A DNA stretch of 64,000 nt from Fimbriosthenelais zetlandica (Eukaryota), in assembly GCA_977030845.1 (NCBI GenBank), contig OZ365115.1, forward strand, positions 17,236,001-17,300,000, given 5' to 3'. Of this stretch, positions 62,301 to 64,000 are shown in pieces; position 1 is the first letter of the stretch; each line of letters begins with the position of its first letter. The notes beneath the pieces were generated by a model, which saw only the letters and a list, made by a program, of their open reading frames with translations, was not told the origin of the DNA and made no database searches. Made by a program: the position numbers and the translations under genes.

Positions 62301-63881
62301 ATATCAAAGTCGCCTTAACATAATCATGATTCAATTAAGCCATGGAGAGACAAGTGCAAGCCCGGAGGCCTATAGAATCAGTGTTATTAATATATTATAT
62401 GATTAATATTTTATGTTTTACATTAGTGGATTTTTGATACGGTTAATGTTTTATTCCTAATCTGAGGTAAGTGGGAATGGGATCACCCCCACCCCCACCC
62501 CCCACCCCCGGTGGAACTTAGCCAGAGCCTACTTACTGTGGCCAGGCGGTCGATGCTCCCGTATATTGCGTGCTTGTGGTTGACTCCGAGAAGAAACTAG
62601 GCGTCCAAAATAAGGGAAACAACAACAAAAAGGTAAAAGGAACATCCAGAAGAAGAAGCAAATGAGGTAAATCAAAAGGAAAAAGAGCGTGCAAGTCTGG
62701 TTTGAAAATATCTGGTACTTCAGCCGGTTATTTTCATGTTTTTGTGAAGATGAAATGAGATAAAAGTATTTCAAAAGTGATGTGGACGGGAGCTTAGAGT
62801 AAAATTCATTTTACTCTAAGACGGGAGACAGATGTATCAGAACAAATATGTCAGAGCTAGAGCTAGGTCAAAACAGGTGGTGCGTGGAACTCAGTGAATG
62901 AAAGAGAAAGTGACTAGTGTCAGAGGTTTTTTCAATAAAAAGGATTTAAATGATAATTTATTTCTTAAATTCAGAAAGGATCGGGGTGTTACTAGGCTGA
63001 ATTACCAATTCATTTTCTGCGTTTACATGCTCTATTTATTTCTATCTTTTATTCAATATCAATGATCATGCAAAAAGAACTATGACCTTTCATATACTAG
63101 ACTTGGCATAAATCGACACAAGATCTATTAACAAAATGTTACATGCATATTTGCCCCCGAACTATTTAAAATTTAGTACCCCAGAGCGCTCTTTAAAACT
63201 CGAGTAGGGATTGGGAAGGTCATAAGAGCGAGTATTCTGGGTCAAGAAATCATGACATGAGTTCTCAAGGTTAACAGGTTAACCCAGATGAATACTAATT
63301 ATCAACAGAATTTCTTTGTCTGAGAAACCAATTGACATTCTTATAAATGTATCTTAAATTAAGCCTAATTGTGACCTGTATATGCTGTGAAATTATTGAA
63401 ACTAAGACACTAACATAGCCCGATTTTAGGCCTGGCAGTTTCCTATACATGTACACTGGAAAATGGAAATCTGTTTCCCATGGCTGAGGAACCTATGCAT
63501 TGATATTGTTGCAATACACAATACACAAAAATGAGGGGAATGAGAGAAAATTAGAAGAGGAAATACTAATTTTTTAGTGAGATACTTGCCATGACCAGAA
63601 TCAGAACTGACGTCAGAGTCACTGTCATACATACTGACACTATCAACATTATCGTCATACTCAACGTCAGTAAAGTGCCCCTCATCCCCCGCCCATGACG
63701 TCTCTTTTCTGACGTTTCCTTGTGATTTTGGGGTATATGAGATGCGGGTGCTTTGGAGAACACCCCCCGTTCTCTGGACCACCCCCGGATTGGGATCTGC
63801 CCCGGTACATTGTCCTACAAGACAGATCCCTAGAGAGTCTTTAGTTTGTATGCTTCTCACCATCACCTGCACCTTCACCAT
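35285..63881 (-). CDS. DVL: Dishevelled (PDZ, DEP and C-terminal region; DIX exons not in window); one in-phase assembly of 15 exons gives 651 aa
   Basis: Core exons give [16 protein letters not shown], a basic RHRRRRRR stretch, [23 protein letters not shown], the PDZ domain, the DEP domain ([15 protein letters not shown]...[14 protein letters not shown]) and [12 protein letters not shown]; terminal exons are inferred. Confidence 0.93.
38797..39027 (-). CDS. DVL: Dvl exon with conserved C-terminal block (GSSASGGS...[12 protein letters not shown])
   Basis: cgattttcag acceptor; t|gtaagt donor (read-through gives CK* at 38789). Confidence 0.9.
39970..40193. mobile_element. MITE (Harbinger-like ends)
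   Basis: TIR agcccgacatccac / gtggatgtcgggct; internal copy catccaccagcccgat. Confidence 0.7.
40230..40630 (-). mobile_element. Possible decayed LINE ORF1 (SGNH esterase-like)
   Basis: [13 protein letters not shown] and downstream W..DG segments resemble the SGNH domain of CR1/L2 ORF1, judged by eye. Confidence 0.3.
40829..41123. repeat. Tandem repeat, ~74-bp unit, ~4 copies
   Basis: cagtattgcatcttgaacgatttcgactatcaatttttgggttagaaaacccatta...gccagaaaaaggttt. Confidence 0.9.
41926..42074 (-). CDS. DVL: Candidate alternative Dvl terminal exon ([15 protein letters not shown]...EDRSFVFL*)
   Basis: ttttttttctctggcgtag acceptor; phase 1; 48 sense codons after the split codon. Confidence 0.5.
44290..44367. 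repeat. 40-bp tandem duplication, possibly the tail of a retroposon fragment
   Basis: cacaatgttgtatg(c/g)tatggttatttaacgtcactttc x2. Confidence 0.75.
44470..44574 (-). mobile_element. SINE copy 3 (3' tail only)
   Basis: Matches 56592-56692. Confidence 0.75.
46162..46331 (-). CDS. DVL: Candidate alternative Dvl terminal exon (AKREKSCAC...[10 protein letters not shown])
   Basis: gtgtgttttcttttcccttttgtctttgtag acceptor; phase 1; 55 sense codons after the split codon. Confidence 0.45.
47902..48013 (-). CDS. DVL: Dvl exon (NYAPPPKP...[10 protein letters not shown])
   Basis: tttttcatgtttcag acceptor, g|gtgagt donor, phase 0-1. Confidence 0.88.
48060..50456. mobile_element. 2.4-kb non-autonomous DNA transposon with ~25-bp TIRs
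   Basis: cagttctcacgaaatgggtgcatgg / ccatgcacccaattcgtgagaacta; about ten internal copies of a(t/c)gtagagacc in both orientations; no ORF of 60 aa or more. Confidence 0.75.
50841..50983 (-). CDS. DVL: Dvl exon (DMSSLTLED...RDTLAPLP...PPPPP)
   Basis: attccag acceptor, |gtaagt donor, conserved DTLAPLP. Confidence 0.92.
51750..52830 (-). mobile_element. Decayed L1/Tx1-like LINE endonuclease region, interrupted by a MITE
   Basis: [14 protein letters not shown]...KLIII...IITSHLPP resembles an L1-type EN segment. Confidence 0.35.
52143..52281. mobile_element. Tc1/mariner-pogo-type MITE
   Basis: TIRs ccgtatttgccggtgtataaaccgca / tgcggcttatacaccggaaaatacgg; TA on both sides. Confidence 0.85.
53354..53554. 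mobile_element. Palindromic MITE with TTAA flanks (Kolobok-like AGG end)
   Basis: ttaa|agggggaaaacactagt ... actagtgttttcttcccct|ttaa; internal arms also complementary. Confidence 0.75.
53603..53834. mobile_element. Palindromic MITE with TA flanks
   Basis: gggtaagcgggggtaataagcccaagtgggtaataggccctactgctgtaaa / tttacagcagtggggcctattactcactggggcttattacccaagcttcccc. Confidence 0.8.
53889..54056 (-). CDS. DVL: Dvl DEP exon 2 (GSDLVDWL...[15 protein letters not shown])
   Basis: Near-identity to the Dvl DEP domain as recalled; canonical sites, phase 1-1. Confidence 0.96.
54865..54999 (-). CDS. DVL: Dvl DEP exon 1 (RFHDNLNL...[15 protein letters not shown])
   Basis: ttttccag acceptor, g|gtaagc donor. 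Confidence 0.96.
55935..55997. repeat. (AATG)n microsatellite
   Basis: About 15 units read directly. Confidence 0.95.
56400..56435 (-). CDS. DVL: Candidate 36-nt Dvl cassette exon ([12 protein letters not shown])
   Basis: ttgttcccactgcag acceptor, c|gtaagt donor, phase 1-1, no stop. Confidence 0.6.
56583..56844 (-). mobile_element. tRNA-derived SINE, copy 2 (head truncated just upstream of the B box, full 3' tail)
   Basis: Body matches 5350-5505; tail matches 44470-44574. Confidence 0.8.
57527..57756 (-). CDS. DVL: Dvl exon ([18 protein letters not shown]...SSSIPDSE)
   Basis: PDZ C-terminus plus the conserved VRPIDPGAW motif. Confidence 0.96.
58171..58299 (-). CDS. DVL: Dvl PDZ exon ([14 protein letters not shown]...AVQKPG)
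   Basis: Conserved PDZ sequence, canonical sites. Confidence 0.96.
58526..58613 (-). CDS. DVL: Dvl PDZ exon ([30 protein letters not shown])
   Basis: Conserved PDZ sequence, canonical sites. Confidence 0.96.
58762..58831 (-). CDS. DVL: Dvl exon ([23 protein letters not shown])
   Basis: Invariant Dvl block, canonical sites. Confidence 0.96.
60692..60785 (-). CDS. DVL: Dvl basic-region exon (FSTATETT...[16 protein letters not shown])
   Basis: cattgcag acceptor, |gtgggt donor, phase 2-0. Confidence 0.92.
61089..61218 (-). CDS. DVL: Dvl exon (PRMNGH...[22 protein letters not shown])
   Basis: ttttcag acceptor, ag|gtaaat donor, conserved Ser/Thr block. Confidence 0.92.
62537..62596 (-). CDS. 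DVL: Candidate 60-nt Dvl cassette exon ([20 protein letters not shown])
   Basis: Long pyrimidine tract plus cctag acceptor, a|gtaagt donor, phase 1-1. Confidence 0.6.
63590..63881 (-). CDS. DVL: Candidate alternative first (or internal) Dvl exon, 97 aa, half-PDZ-like N-terminus plus acidic Ser/Asp stretch
   Basis: attATGg start; coding-like composition; g|gcaagt GC donor in phase 1 with the downstream exons. Confidence 0.55.
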
Positions 63882-64000
63882 AATGGCATTTTTCTCCTTA
63901 AATCGTATCCAATTTACACCTTAGAAGAATGCCCTGAAGCCTCCAAAAGTATTATTTAAAGCACAGCTTGTGCAATTATCCCAGTGAGAATCTACCAGTG

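Overview
AT-rich animal genomic DNA, probably from an invertebrate. No prokaryotic features were seen. Two spliced protein-coding genes lie on the minus strand. (1) A complete 4-exon TMEM47/VAB-9-like gene of the PMP22/claudin superfamily (196 aa, 28572->12327). (2) The PDZ-DEP-C-terminal part of a Dishevelled gene (63881->~35285); no DIX-domain exons are in the window. The plus strand carries a young, 5'-truncated CR1/L2-type LINE with an intact 944-aa EN+RT ORF and a poly(A) tail. Also present are three copies of a tRNA-derived SINE, many MITEs, a 2.4-kb TIR element, several decayed LINE relics and minisatellites. The main discovery candidates, all inferred from splice signals and reading frames without expression data, are: an apparently modular Dishevelled (a possible DIX-less first exon resembling an intronless half-PDZ, two phase-1 cassette exons, a hairpin-masked poison exon in the DEP region, several phase-1 alternative C-terminal exons, and no recognisable EFFVDVM tail); a 3' stem-bulge structure shared by the LINE and the SINE; and a spliced, apparently non-coding or micropeptide transcript at the left end.
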